This document shows positions 1-9,202 of a DNA stretch of 50,985 nt, in pieces. This DNA comes from Candidatus Woesearchaeota archaeon (lineage in GTDB: Archaea; Nanobdellota; Nanobdellia; Woesearchaeales; GW2011-AR4). Made by a program: the position numbers and the translations under genes. Location: contig JAHFQA010000003.1 in NCBI GenBank assembly GCA_023266475.1, positions 1 through 50,985 on the forward strand. The letters run 5' to 3'. How positions within the stretch are numbered: the first letter of the stretch is position 1; the number at the start of each line of letters is the position of its first letter. Below the pieces are notes generated by a model. The model was not told where the DNA came from, did not search any database, and worked only from the letters and a program-made list of their open reading frames with translations.

Positions 1-19
1 TATTATTTGCTTGATTGAA

Positions 20-694
20 TTACTTTTTCTTGCATATAAACATGCAATGGTCTTTTTGGAAAGGCTCAAGCTCCCTGTAATCTATTATTGTGAGATATTT
101 TTCCAATTTTTCTTTTATTTCCTTAAAAATCTGCTTTGGGCTCCTAGTAACATCTATGCTTCTTGCTTTTGCAGCCAATAAGCAATAGCCACCTCCCTTC
201 AAAAACAAACTGACATTCTTTAGAAATATGTCAATCTGATTTTTTTGGGCAACATCTTGGTATACAACGTCAACACCACAAATTTTTTCCTTTATGTCAT
301 CTCTCTTATTTGCGTCGGCCAGTACAGGTGCAATATTTTTTCTTTTATAACACAAGAATATCATGTCACGCATAACCCTTGGAGCAATGTCGACAGCAAA
401 TACAAATCCATCAATTCCTACAATGTCGGAAACATGACTCACGGTTGTGCCAGACGCAGAGCCAAGGTACAAGACAACATCATTTTTCCTAATGCTTATA
501 TTAGGGCTGCCTTTTAAAATTGCAGCGGCAAGCTTGCTCTTATAAGCATCCCATTCCCTGTACTCAATTCCATTTTCCTTTATAAGCCCTTCATCATAAA
601 CTTTTTGGCCAGGAACCATGTTTATTGTATAAAGCTGCCGTCTCCTTGAATCCTGCAATTCATATACTTCAAATATCTTAGATTGCTTTATCAT
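20..694 (-). CDS. flpA: Fibrillarin-like rRNA/tRNA 2'-O-methyltransferase
   Basis: ORF 20..724 has the fibrillarin SAM-MTase core (VLYLGSASGTTVSHVSDIV, AKARSIDVT). The track start at 724 is TTG. The first ATG (694) lies 2 nt after the Nop5 stop (696..698), the classic archaeal nop5-flpA arrangement. Confidence 0.93.
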   Translation of the reverse strand: MIKQSKIFEVYELQDSRRRQLYTINMVPGQKVYDEGLIKENGIEYREWDAYKSKLAAAILKGSPNISIRKNDVVLYLGSASGTTVSHVSDIVGIDGFVFAVDIAPRVMRDMIFLCYKRKNIAPVLADANKRDDIKEKICGVDVVYQDVAQKNQIDIFLKNVSLFLKGGGYCLLAAKARSIDVTRSPKQIFKEIKEKLEKYLTIIDYRELEPFQKDHCMFICKKK

Positions 695-695
695 T

Positions 696-1640
696 TTAAT
701 TCTTATTGATGAATTTTTCCTCAAGTGCTTTTCTTAACTTGTCACCGATAAATTGGCCATGAAAGAAATCAACCTTGGCAGCAATTGAGATTTTGTCTGC
801 TAAGGCCCTTGCAATTTTCCCATGCATCATTTCGGCTGACTGCGCTATCAATGGATGGCCAACTATGATGCCATGCCTTGGCGGCTTTGCGCCTGTTTTC
901 ATATGCCTGAATAAGGCCTTTTCTGCACCCAAAATCTGGATTGTGGAAGAGGGCATTTCGCTAAGCCTTTTCAGGCTTCCAGCGTGTTCAATCAATTTTG
1001 AACCTATCATAACATCACAGACAGCCTTTATGTTTGGACATGATTTATCCATTAGGCTCGAGATGTAATCCAATTGGCTTTTTCTTAAATTGTACAAATC
1101 TTGAATTTGATGAGCTATATTTTTAATTGGTTGCAAGTCTTTTTCACTTAAATTAGCGCCGATAGAGCCGTTTTCGTCAATGCCCAATTTTTTTAGCAGC
1201 TCATGTTTTTCATTTGCAAGAATTTCCTGTACAAACAATTCATGGCTTTGAATCGACCTTGAGTATTCGGGATTGTACAGGTCATACCATTCCCTCAGCC
1301 GTTTTACAAGAATATTTATTGATTTGTCAATGTCTCCAATGAAATTAACGGATTGTGCGATAAAATTGTCATTATTCACCGAATTTTTAACATTTAACTT
1401 GGCCAGCTGAAGGTTTTTATCATAAAAATTGCCCAAGAATTCCTTATTTTTAAAATAGTTAAGGATATTTTTTATAGCAGTTTCGTCAGGCTCTTTTAAA
1501 TTTTTATGCTTATTAAGAAGTTTATCAATAAATTTTTCCTTATTATTATATTCCTCCAAATCCTTGAATAATATTTCATCCTCTACTTTAAATTTCTCAT
1601 CAAAAACAAAAACCCCAAGTACGTTTGAAAACAGGTACAT
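696..1640 (-). CDS. nop5: Nop56/58 (Nop5) box C/D snoRNP protein
   Basis: C-terminal Nop domain motifs (LGAEKALFRHMKTGAKPPRHGIIVGHP, HGKIARALADKISIAAKVD). Sits directly upstream of fibrillarin. Confidence 0.9.
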   Translation of the reverse strand: MYLFSNVLGVFVFDEKFKVEDEILFKDLEEYNNKEKFIDKLLNKHKNLKEPDETAIKNILNYFKNKEFLGNFYDKNLQLAKLNVKNSVNNDNFIAQSVNFIGDIDKSINILVKRLREWYDLYNPEYSRSIQSHELFVQEILANEKHELLKKLGIDENGSIGANLSEKDLQPIKNIAHQIQDLYNLRKSQLDYISSLMDKSCPNIKAVCDVMIGSKLIEHAGSLKRLSEMPSSTIQILGAEKALFRHMKTGAKPPRHGIIVGHPLIAQSAEMMHGKIARALADKISIAAKVDFFHGQFIGDKLRKALEEKFINKN

Positions 1641-1781
1641 GCCTCTAAGAAGTTATTGTTATTTTTTAAAGTTATTGAATTTATAGATTTTTATAGTATA
1701 ATAACATTCATGGTCCAACCTATAGTGAAAACCATTGATTAAATAACAAAATTAATAAACAAAAAAGATAACTAAATTCCT

Positions 1782-2084
1782 ATGGTGCTTGTTTATATTA
1801 CCTGCAAAGACAATAAAGAGGCTGAAAAGATATCATTGCATTTGCTGAAGAAAAGATTGATTGCATGCTCCAATATAATTCCAACAAAAAGCTTATATCG
1901 CTGGGAAGATAAAATTGTCAAAGTGAAAGAGACTGTTATCATTGCAAAGACAAATAACAAGAATTACAGAACTGCTGTAAATGAGGTAAAAAGAATTCAT
2001 TCTTATGAAATTCCGTGCATTGTTAAAATAGATGCAAAAGCTGTTAAAGACTATGAATGTTGGGCAAATAATGAATTAAAATAA
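1782..2084 (+). CDS. cutA: CutA1 divalent-cation tolerance protein
   Basis: 100 aa, the right length for CutA. Family-typical segments LIACSNIIP, SLYRWEDKI, HSYEIPCIV. Confidence 0.85.
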   Translation: MVLVYITCKDNKEAEKISLHLLKKRLIACSNIIPTKSLYRWEDKIVKVKETVIIAKTNNKNYRTAVNEVKRIHSYEIPCIVKIDAKAVKDYECWANNELK

Positions 2085-2116
2085 GTTATTTAAATAAGCA
2101 ATAACAATATAAAGCA

Positions 2117-3790
2117 ATGTTCCATATAATAAAAGAGGTGCGGGATTTAAATAGGTTTAACCAGATACTGGCAGTTCTCTTTGAGGAAGGATTCGACTTC
2201 TTATTGGCAAAGATCGGGCTTAAGCATAGAATTCCGTTTACCAAAAGGCTCAAGTCGAAACTGAGAAAACATCAGGAAATAAAGCCAGAGTTGAGGCTTA
2301 GAAGGACGCTTGAAAGGCTCGGTCCAACTTTTATCAAATTCGGCCAGGTTTTAAGCGTTAGGCCAGACTTAATACCAAAAGAGTACTCAAAAGAGCTGGA
2401 AAAGCTTCAGGACAGCGTTCCCCCATTTCCCTTTAGCGATATAAAGGATATTATTGAAAAGGAGTTTGGAAAAAGCTTAGAGCACCTTTTCCTTCATTTT
2501 GAAAAAAAACCAATAGCATCCGCTTCCATTAGCCAGGTGCATGCTGCAATGCTAAAAACAGGCGAAAAGGTTGCTGTAAAGGTGCAAAGGCCGCATGTAA
2601 AAAAAATAATGGAAACTGACATCGACATAATGTATTACTTTGCAAACCTTCTCGAAAGGAATATTGATAAAATAAAAAAATACAAGCCGGCAAAAATTGT
2701 AAGCGAGTTCAAGGAATGGACAGAAAAGGAGCTTGACTTCAGGCTCGAAGCAAGAAATGCAAAAAGGTTTTACCAGAACTTCAAGGGGAGCAAAAGTGTG
2801 CATATTCCAAAGGTTTATGATGAATTTACGACAGAGAAGGTATTAACTTTGGAGTTTATAGATGGCATTGAGCTCCATAACATTAAAGAAATCAAAAAAA
2901 GAAATCTGGACTTTGCCAGAATAATTAATAACGGGTTTGAAGCAATTCTAACCCAGGTTTTTGTGCATGGAATTTTTCATGCAGACCCTCATCCAGGAAA
3001 CATGATTATTATGAAAGATAATTCTATTGCCTTTGTTGATTTTGGCATTGTTGGGTATTTTGATGAAAAGCTAAAGAATAAGTCAGTTGATTTGCTTTAT
3101 GGCATTGTTGAACAGGACGATGAGCTGATAATTGACACGCTCCTGAGTATGGGTATGGAAAGTGAAGACATAGATTTTGAGCAGCTAAAAACCGACATTG
3201 GCTTCATAATCCAGCCTTTGCAGCATTCATCAATAAAAGAAATAAAAGTCAGCAAGATTCTGGAAGAAATTCTCGATACTGCACTAAGTCACAATTTGAG
3301 GGTGCCGGCGTCCTTCGTGCTTTTTGGAAAAACCATCATTACCCTTGAGGGCGTTGCTTTGGAATACGATCCGGACTTCAAGATGGTTGAAACAACAAAG
3401 CCATTTATTGAAAAAATTGTTGCAAGAAGGGCCAGCCCATTATATGTCTGGAAGAGTTTTATGCACAATATTAACAGGTACAGGAAATTTGCAGATGAAT
3501 TTCCTGAAAAAGCTGAAAGGGCGCTTGATAAAATACAAAGAGGCACAATAAAGGTAGACATAGAAGACACTGACATTAAGAAATTATCTCTTGAAATAGA
3601 CAAAAGCAGCAATAGGGTTTCTTATGGTTTGCTGGTTGCGGCCTTGCTTATAACATCTGCAATACTTGTAAATGTAGAGAAAGGGCCTTCAATATTTGGA
3701 ATTCCATTTCTTGCATTCGCTGGCTTTATATTTGCGTTTTTTTTCACTGTGATTCTGTTTATTTCAATAATTCGCGAAAAACACTGGTGA
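2117..3790 (+). CDS. ABC1/UbiB (AarF) family atypical kinase
   Basis: ABC1 kinase motifs (PIASASISQVHAA, VAVKVQRP, FHADPHPGNM, FVDFGIVG) plus two C-terminal hydrophobic helices. Confidence 0.88.
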   Translation: MFHIIKEVRDLNRFNQILAVLFEEGFDFLLAKIGLKHRIPFTKRLKSKLRKHQEIKPELRLRRTLERLGPTFIKFGQVLSVRPDLIPKEYSKELEKLQDSVPPFPFSDIKDIIEKEFGKSLEHLFLHFEKKPIASASISQVHAAMLKTGEKVAVKVQRPHVKKIMETDIDIMYYFANLLERNIDKIKKYKPAKIVSEFKEWTEKELDFRLEARNAKRFYQNFKGSKSVHIPKVYDEFTTEKVLTLEFIDGIELHNIKEIKKRNLDFARIINNGFEAILTQVFVHGIFHADPHPGNMIIMKDNSIAFVDFGIVGYFDEKLKNKSVDLLYGIVEQDDELIIDTLLSMGMESEDIDFEQLKTDIGFIIQPLQHSSIKEIKVSKILEEILDTALSHNLRVPASFVLFGKTIITLEGVALEYDPDFKMVETTKPFIEKIVARRASPLYVWKSFMHNINRYRKFADEFPEKAERALDKIQRGTIKVDIEDTDIKKLSLEIDKSSNRVSYGLLVAALLITSAILVNVEKGPSIFGIPFLAFAGFIFAFFFTVILFISIIREKHW

Positions 3791-3796
3791 ATTTAG

Positions 3797-4303
3797 ATGC
3801 CTCAAGCAGTTGTTCATGTGCTTTTTACAATAATTGCAATTGATGTATTTAGAGACCACTTTATAAAGAACAAAAGAAAAATACCATTGAATTATGTTTT
3901 TATAGGCGGCATTGCTGGGTTATTGCCTGACATTGATGTTCCGTTATTTTGGCTTCTTAATAATTTCCTTGGCTTTAATGTTCCTTTTTTCCACAGGATT
4001 TTTACTCACACTTTTCTTTTTGCTTTGATTTTTTTAGCTATATCCCTTATTTATTTTGATTTTAACAAGAAGGCAAGCATGTTGTTTGGGATAATAACAT
4101 TCGGCGTTTCATTTCATATTTTTCTTGACTGGCTCCTTGTTGGCGCAGTTGCACCATTTTACCCATTTTATGATGCTGCTTACGGATTAAACCTTGTCGG
4201 AAGACTGGGGCTGCCATTGGCAATTGAGGGCTTGGAAGCAGTTGTATTGCTTTGGTGGCTATGGCATGAAGAAAAAACACATAAAATAAGCGATTTTATT
4301 TAG
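3797..4303 (+). CDS. Membrane-bound metal-dependent hydrolase (DUF457/YdjM-like)
   Basis: Polytopic 168-aa protein with LLPDIDVP and FHRIFTHTFLF motifs typical of DUF457. Confidence 0.65.
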   Translation: MPQAVVHVLFTIIAIDVFRDHFIKNKRKIPLNYVFIGGIAGLLPDIDVPLFWLLNNFLGFNVPFFHRIFTHTFLFALIFLAISLIYFDFNKKASMLFGIITFGVSFHIFLDWLLVGAVAPFYPFYDAAYGLNLVGRLGLPLAIEGLEAVVLLWWLWHEEKTHKISDFI

Positions 4304-4317
4304 AAATCCAAAAAATC

Positions 4318-4566
4318 TCAAAGCAATCCAAAATCCTTGAGAAATTTGGTAATTAGGGCAACTAAAAAAACAACTCCAACAGCTGTAAATATATTATTTT
4401 TTGCCTTGTCTTTTGCGTATATAATTATAAATGTCACTAAGATGCCAATTACAAGAGAAAGCCACTTCCAGCCATTGGAAATACCTAAATAAAAAATAAT
4501 TGCCTCAATTACCGCAATAGGCCCAGCAACCATAGTTATTAGGTTCCAGTTATAGGTTTCTTCCAT
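4318..4566 (-). CDS. Small hydrophobic membrane protein, unknown function
   Basis: 82-aa ORF with hydrophobic helices in an otherwise unoccupied gap. No family recognised. Confidence 0.5.
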   Translation of the reverse strand: MEETYNWNLITMVAGPIAVIEAIIFYLGISNGWKWLSLVIGILVTFIIIYAKDKAKNNIFTAVGVVFLVALITKFLKDFGLL

Positions 4567-4697
4567 TTTTGAGTTGTTATTTTTTAATATTTTATTACTT
4601 TAGTAAAAGTTACCATTTAATTCTTGCTTTTTGTGCTTCTTGCCGTTCACATTAGCGTGCAATAAATAATTTCCAAAAATCTTGAAAAATCAAAAAT

Positions 4698-5375
4698 TTA
4701 CTCAATAACAGTACCCTTGAATTTATTTCCATCTAACAAATTTTCCAAATTCTTCAAATCCTTTCCAATAATTTTCACTTTTATTTTTGATTTTTGCGCT
4801 TCTTTTGCTGCTATTGGATCAAAAGGAGCACTCATTCCTGCTTTCCACTTTTTGCTGATTAGCCTGCTGTAATTTTCCCATTGTATTTTTTTTATTACTT
4901 TTGCATCTTTGTGCTTTCTTGGGTCTTTGTCATATACATAATCAACATTGCTCATGTTGACCACTTCTTTAACGCCAAGGTTTTTTGCAAGTAAAACTGC
5001 GTCATAGTCTGTGCTCCATCCAGGAAGCCAGCCTGCAGCAATTATTATATTTTTTTTAAAAGTTATTTTATCATTCGGATTTGCGACAATTGGGTCTTGC
5101 GCATCATTTCCAAAAATGTATCGCATTAAGAGTGCATTCAATCTTGTAGCATAAATCCCAAGCCAATCGAGATCTTCACTGCTTAATTTTTCTATTTTTA
5201 ATGCAGTTTGCTGAATTTCCCTTGCAATCATTCCTCCGCCGCAGATAATAACAAATCTATAACCTTGTTTAATATATTTTTCTATGGATTTCTTGAAATT
5301 TTTTAAGAAATTAATATCTATTTTATCAGGAACAATTAAAGAGCCGCCTAATGACAGAACAACTGTTTTTTGCAT
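4698..5375 (-). CDS. pyrH: Archaeal-type uridylate (UMP) kinase, amino-acid-kinase fold
   Basis: 225 aa. N-terminal VVLSLGGSLIV and VIICGGGMIAREI motifs, with length typical of archaeal PyrH. Confidence 0.75.
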   Translation of the reverse strand: MQKTVVLSLGGSLIVPDKIDINFLKNFKKSIEKYIKQGYRFVIICGGGMIAREIQQTALKIEKLSSEDLDWLGIYATRLNALLMRYIFGNDAQDPIVANPNDKITFKKNIIIAAGWLPGWSTDYDAVLLAKNLGVKEVVNMSNVDYVYDKDPRKHKDAKVIKKIQWENYSRLISKKWKAGMSAPFDPIAAKEAQKSKIKVKIIGKDLKNLENLLDGNKFKGTVIE

Positions 5376-5411
5376 TTTACATATTATTAAAACAAGAATA
5401 TAAAAAGATTT

Positions 5412-5765
5412 CTAATTGCTTCCAATCCCAATAAATGTCACGCCTATTATAATCAATGCGATGCCAAACCATTTAAGCTTGTTCATTTTTTCTCCCAAGA
5501 ATTTTACGCTTAAAAGGCTTACCCAAATATAGCTTAATGCGACAAAAGGGTACAAAACAGACAAATCACCACCTTTTAATGCTGGAATGAAAAGCAGTGT
5601 TCCTAATGCGTATAAGCTGACTCCTCCAAATAAAGCATAGTTTGTAACTAAGGAATTTATCTTTGAAAGTTTTTTGGCAGACGCCTTTTTGAGAAGGATT
5701 GGTCCAAAGGCACCTATTAAAGTGGCTGCAATCACCAATCCAATTGCCCAAAGTTTAGTTGCCAT
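5412..5765 (-). CDS. EamA/SMR-like small 4-TM transporter subunit
   Basis: 117 aa, four hydrophobic helices. Paralogue of the adjacent gene (both start MATKLWA). Resembles half-size DMT/ArnE-F-like pairs. Confidence 0.65.
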   Translation of the reverse strand: MATKLWAIGLVIAATLIGAFGPILLKKASAKKLSKINSLVTNYALFGGVSLYALGTLLFIPALKGGDLSVLYPFVALSYIWVSLLSVKFLGEKMNKLKWFGIALIIIGVTFIGIGSN

Positions 5766-5766
5766 T

Positions 5767-6141
5767 TTACATTGCTCCTTGAATATTGTCCTTGCTTCCG
5801 AAGCCGATCAATGCTATTCCAAGAATTATTGTTATTACTCCAATCCATTTGAAATTATTCATTACTTCATTCAGAAACTTAACGCTCAGAAAACTAACCC
5901 AGATATAGCTTGTTGCGATGATAGGATACAACACAGAAACTTCACCTCCTCTAAACGAGATTATTATCAAAATTCCCCCTATTATATAAAGCAAAATTCC
6001 GCCAATAAGATAATAATTTGATAATATGCCAACAATATGAAAAGTTAAATTCCTAGAGCCTATCTTCCATAAAATCTGGGCTGATGATGTAAGGATTGTT
6101 GTGAAAAGAACAAGCAAAGCCGCCCATAGTTTGGTTGCCAT
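5767..6141 (-). CDS. EamA/SMR-like small 4-TM transporter subunit
   Basis: 124 aa, tandem paralogue of 5412..5765 (shared VLYP..A.SYIWVS.LSVKFL motif). Confidence 0.65.
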   Translation of the reverse strand: MATKLWAALLVLFTTILTSSAQILWKIGSRNLTFHIVGILSNYYLIGGILLYIIGGILIIISFRGGEVSVLYPIIATSYIWVSFLSVKFLNEVMNNFKWIGVITIILGIALIGFGSKDNIQGAM

Positions 6142-6411
6142 TTGAGTTTTTATGAATAAATTGATTTGATAGTAATATATTTGATTAGTTTATCGAATTT
6201 TGTCTTTAATAGTTTATTTGCTAATTCTTATTTTAGTATTTTTGAATTGTTATTTTTTAATAAATTTTCTAGTTAATATTCAATGTTTATTGAATTTTTC
6301 ATTATTGGGTTTTAGTGTTGTTTTATTTAATGTTGGATTAATGGTGTTTTTAATTTTATTATTTTCTGACGCAACGCATTAATTTTAAAATTATTTAAAA
6401 AATACAACTTT

Positions 6412-8130
6412 TTACTTCAGCATTATCTCCACAAAAGAAGAGTATGCTGGCCTTGTGATGAAAACTCCAATTGTGACTCCAATTATTGTTGTTATTGCAA
6501 ATCCTTTTAGCAAACCAGCTCCTGCAAATATCAGCGGAATCATGGCAACAACAACAGTGGCATATGCGAGCATTATAATTACAAATGCCCTTTTGACTTT
6601 TTCCTTCCAGTTGTAAATATTGCTTGTTTCTCCCTTCAAAGTTTCATCTGTTATGACAATCTGGTCGTCAACTCCGGTTCCTATTGCAACAAGAATTCCT
6701 GCAATTGCAGCCAAATCTACGTTCCAGCCTATAAATGCAGCAACTCCAAGCAAGATTATAACTTCAGAAAGCATTGTGATAAGAATAGGTATAGCAATTA
6801 TCAATTTTCTATATCTTATTGCAACAACAACTGCAACTGATAATATTGCAAGCAAAGACATGAAGATTGCATTTTTCACAAATCCTTCTCCCAAAACAGG
6901 CGATATTGAATCAGTTTTTACTATATTCAGCTTGACCGGCAATGAGCCAGTTATTAAGATAGTCTGCAGCCTTTTCATATTAAGCTGGGAATTAATTACT
7001 GCATCCTGCTGATTTGAGCCTATGCCAGGGCCTGAAATGGAAATCCGGGTTTCTGCTTTGCCCTTTAAGTCGCAGGCAATTTGAAGCTGGTCCACGAGCT
7101 TATCGTCCAAGAATAAATCTATCTTTTGGCTCAATGAGCAGCCGCTTCTGCTGTCTGGGTTGGATATTGATTCTAAATCCTTTGTTGCTTCTGCCTGCCT
7201 CTGCGCAGCATCAGCGCTTAAGGTAATTCCAAAACTGAATGTGCATATCCACTGGCCGTTGCTTGGATTACATCCTTCGACACGCGCTTCTTGAGCGCTT
7301 CTTGCAACATAAACAATATCCTGGCCGCCTCTGAATACGGTCTTGTTGCCAATCCTTGACTCAAATTTTCCCTGTTTTGCCAATAAATCCTTAATCTCTT
7401 CCTCGGTTGCTCCTGCAATTTCAACAACAATGTATTGGTTGCCTACCAAATCGTTTGCATCCCTTATAACAATATCACTTAAGCCGTAAACGTTAAGCCT
7501 TTCCTTCATATTATCAATTAGAATGCTTAGCCTATCTGGGTCTAATTTTTCCTCTGGCTGAAGCAATACCCTTGTGCCACCTTGCAAATCAAGGCCTTTG
7601 CGTATGTTTGTTTGCGGCGCTTCGTAAACTCTCATGCCTAAATCTTCAAATCCTTTGCTTATCTGCTTTGTTTTTGGCACAATTATTGTCCTAGTTATTG
7701 TTTCATTTACAGTTTGAAGAGTGCCGTTTATTGTTATATTTTTCTCGATTAATTCTGTTACAATTTTTTCTTCTGTCTCATTTAACTCTATCGTTTCAAA
7801 TTTTTCCAATGGAATTAGCTTGTATATTGCTCTTGATGTCTTGATTTGTACAGGCTTATTTGAATTTAATGAAGATGAATACTTGTAATAGTCTTCGACG
7901 TTTTTGATTGGATTATTATTGATCGTTAGAATTCTCTCTCTTGCAACGGGTAATATGTTCGGCCTTGGCTGGGGAATGCCAGCTATGTTGGCAGAACTGT
8001 TTGATATGATATTTCTTATTGCAACTCCCTCGCTTAGGGAAGGGTGGATTGCGACTATTGATATTACTAGAAATAATGTCAAAATAATTACTCTCCAATT
8101 TGTAATCAGTTTTTTAATTCTGTAGTTCAT
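6412..8130 (-). CDS. secD: Protein-export membrane protein SecD
   Basis: N-terminal TM, large extracytoplasmic domain, C-terminal 6-TM SecD core (AIGTGVDDQIVITDE). 4-nt overlap with secF. Confidence 0.88.
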   Translation of the reverse strand: MNYRIKKLITNWRVIILTLFLVISIVAIHPSLSEGVAIRNIISNSSANIAGIPQPRPNILPVARERILTINNNPIKNVEDYYKYSSSLNSNKPVQIKTSRAIYKLIPLEKFETIELNETEEKIVTELIEKNITINGTLQTVNETITRTIIVPKTKQISKGFEDLGMRVYEAPQTNIRKGLDLQGGTRVLLQPEEKLDPDRLSILIDNMKERLNVYGLSDIVIRDANDLVGNQYIVVEIAGATEEEIKDLLAKQGKFESRIGNKTVFRGGQDIVYVARSAQEARVEGCNPSNGQWICTFSFGITLSADAAQRQAEATKDLESISNPDSRSGCSLSQKIDLFLDDKLVDQLQIACDLKGKAETRISISGPGIGSNQQDAVINSQLNMKRLQTILITGSLPVKLNIVKTDSISPVLGEGFVKNAIFMSLLAILSVAVVVAIRYRKLIIAIPILITMLSEVIILLGVAAFIGWNVDLAAIAGILVAIGTGVDDQIVITDETLKGETSNIYNWKEKVKRAFVIIMLAYATVVVAMIPLIFAGAGLLKGFAITTIIGVTIGVFITRPAYSSFVEIMLK

Positions 8131-9071
8131 ATTACAATTCCTTTTTTTGCCTTTCTTTCAACATAAAGGCGCAGCAAGCCCACGTTTTGAATCCATGTGT
8201 TGAATATGTCAGCAATCAATCCAATCAATAGTATGAGCATAATCTGCCTAATAACTTCTGATTGGGTAACAATCATAGCAACTGTAACAGCAACAAGTGC
8301 AGTCATTGTTTCTGTCATTCCTGTTTTTATTGAGCTCATTATCCTATCCATGACTGTCCCTTCTTTTCTTTTCAACACCCTGACAGTCAATAAAATGTCT
8401 GTGTCAACTGAATAGCCTATGAGCATCAAGAATGCGGCAATTCCAGCTGTTCCAACTCTGACTCCCATTAAATTTATAACTGCCAGCGCAAAAATCATAT
8501 CTGAGAAAGCTGCAATAATAACTGCCATGCTCGGAATAAATGTCCTAAAATAAATAAAAATAACCAATCCCATAAAAAGAAATGCAACAGCCAAGGCAAT
8601 AAGCGACTCTCGGAAAAAGCTTGCTCCCAGTGAAGATCCAATTATTTCTATGCCATAATTAACTTTTGTCAAATCAATCTGGAGCGATTCTCCAATTGAT
8701 GCCAGAAACACATCAAGATCTGCTTTGTTATTTCCATCTATATCTGCTTCCACAATAACGCCAGCTACAGCACCTGCACTTCTTAGTGTCCTGACAACAA
8801 CGTCATTGTGCGGAAATTTGGAGTGAATTTGCTTTTCAATTTGGCTTGCATCAATTGCCTTTTCCAATGGAATTGTAACAGTAACTCCACCTTTTAATGA
8901 AATGTCCCTTATCAAGAAATCGTTCGTTGAATATAGTTGATAGCCAATCTGAGCTAAAGAAAAAAACAAAATCAAAAAAGGTATAACTAGCAGAAGCTTG
9001 TATTTCTTGTCGTAAAATTCATATAAGGATTGCTTTATTGATTTTATTTGACCACTATTTGATTGTTCCAT
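8127..9071 (-). CDS. secF: Protein-export membrane protein SecF
   Basis: 314 aa, SecF-type C-terminal TM bundle (LIGYSVDTDILLTVRVLKRKEG). Operonic with secD. Confidence 0.88.
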   Translation of the reverse strand: MEQSNSGQIKSIKQSLYEFYDKKYKLLLVIPFLILFFSLAQIGYQLYSTNDFLIRDISLKGGVTVTIPLEKAIDASQIEKQIHSKFPHNDVVVRTLRSAGAVAGVIVEADIDGNNKADLDVFLASIGESLQIDLTKVNYGIEIIGSSLGASFFRESLIALAVAFLFMGLVIFIYFRTFIPSMAVIIAAFSDMIFALAVINLMGVRVGTAGIAAFLMLIGYSVDTDILLTVRVLKRKEGTVMDRIMSSIKTGMTETMTALVAVTVAMIVTQSEVIRQIMLILLIGLIADIFNTWIQNVGLLRLYVERKAKKGIVI

Positions 9072-9202
9072 AAATTAACCCTTAAAAGCCTTTGTAGAAT
9101 AAAGAACGGTTAATAAAGGTTTTGAAAATGTGAGGCAATTTCAAAGCCCAGCAAATCTATCATTTTCTCTGGTTTTGATTAGATTTATTGAAATTAAAAT
9201 AT

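Noticed and set aside
245-1068. Antisense ORFs in the track that overlap strong genes. Examples here are 245..517 and 775..1068. The same holds for 2552..2803, 3289..3612, 6620..7012, 13973..14356, 19614..20201 and 35921..36184.
   Set aside because: Each lies fully inside a longer ORF on the opposite strand that has clear family motifs. Their translations are low-complexity or hydrophobic shadows.
6200-6382. 60-aa ORF in the AT-rich spacer between secD and the EamA-like pair, plus a small ATTCAAT-GTTT-ATTGAAT inverted repeat.
   Set aside because: The translation is an Leu/Phe/Ile/Asn run typical of random AT-rich DNA. The inverted repeat is short and AT-only. The region is more likely promoter or terminator spacer.
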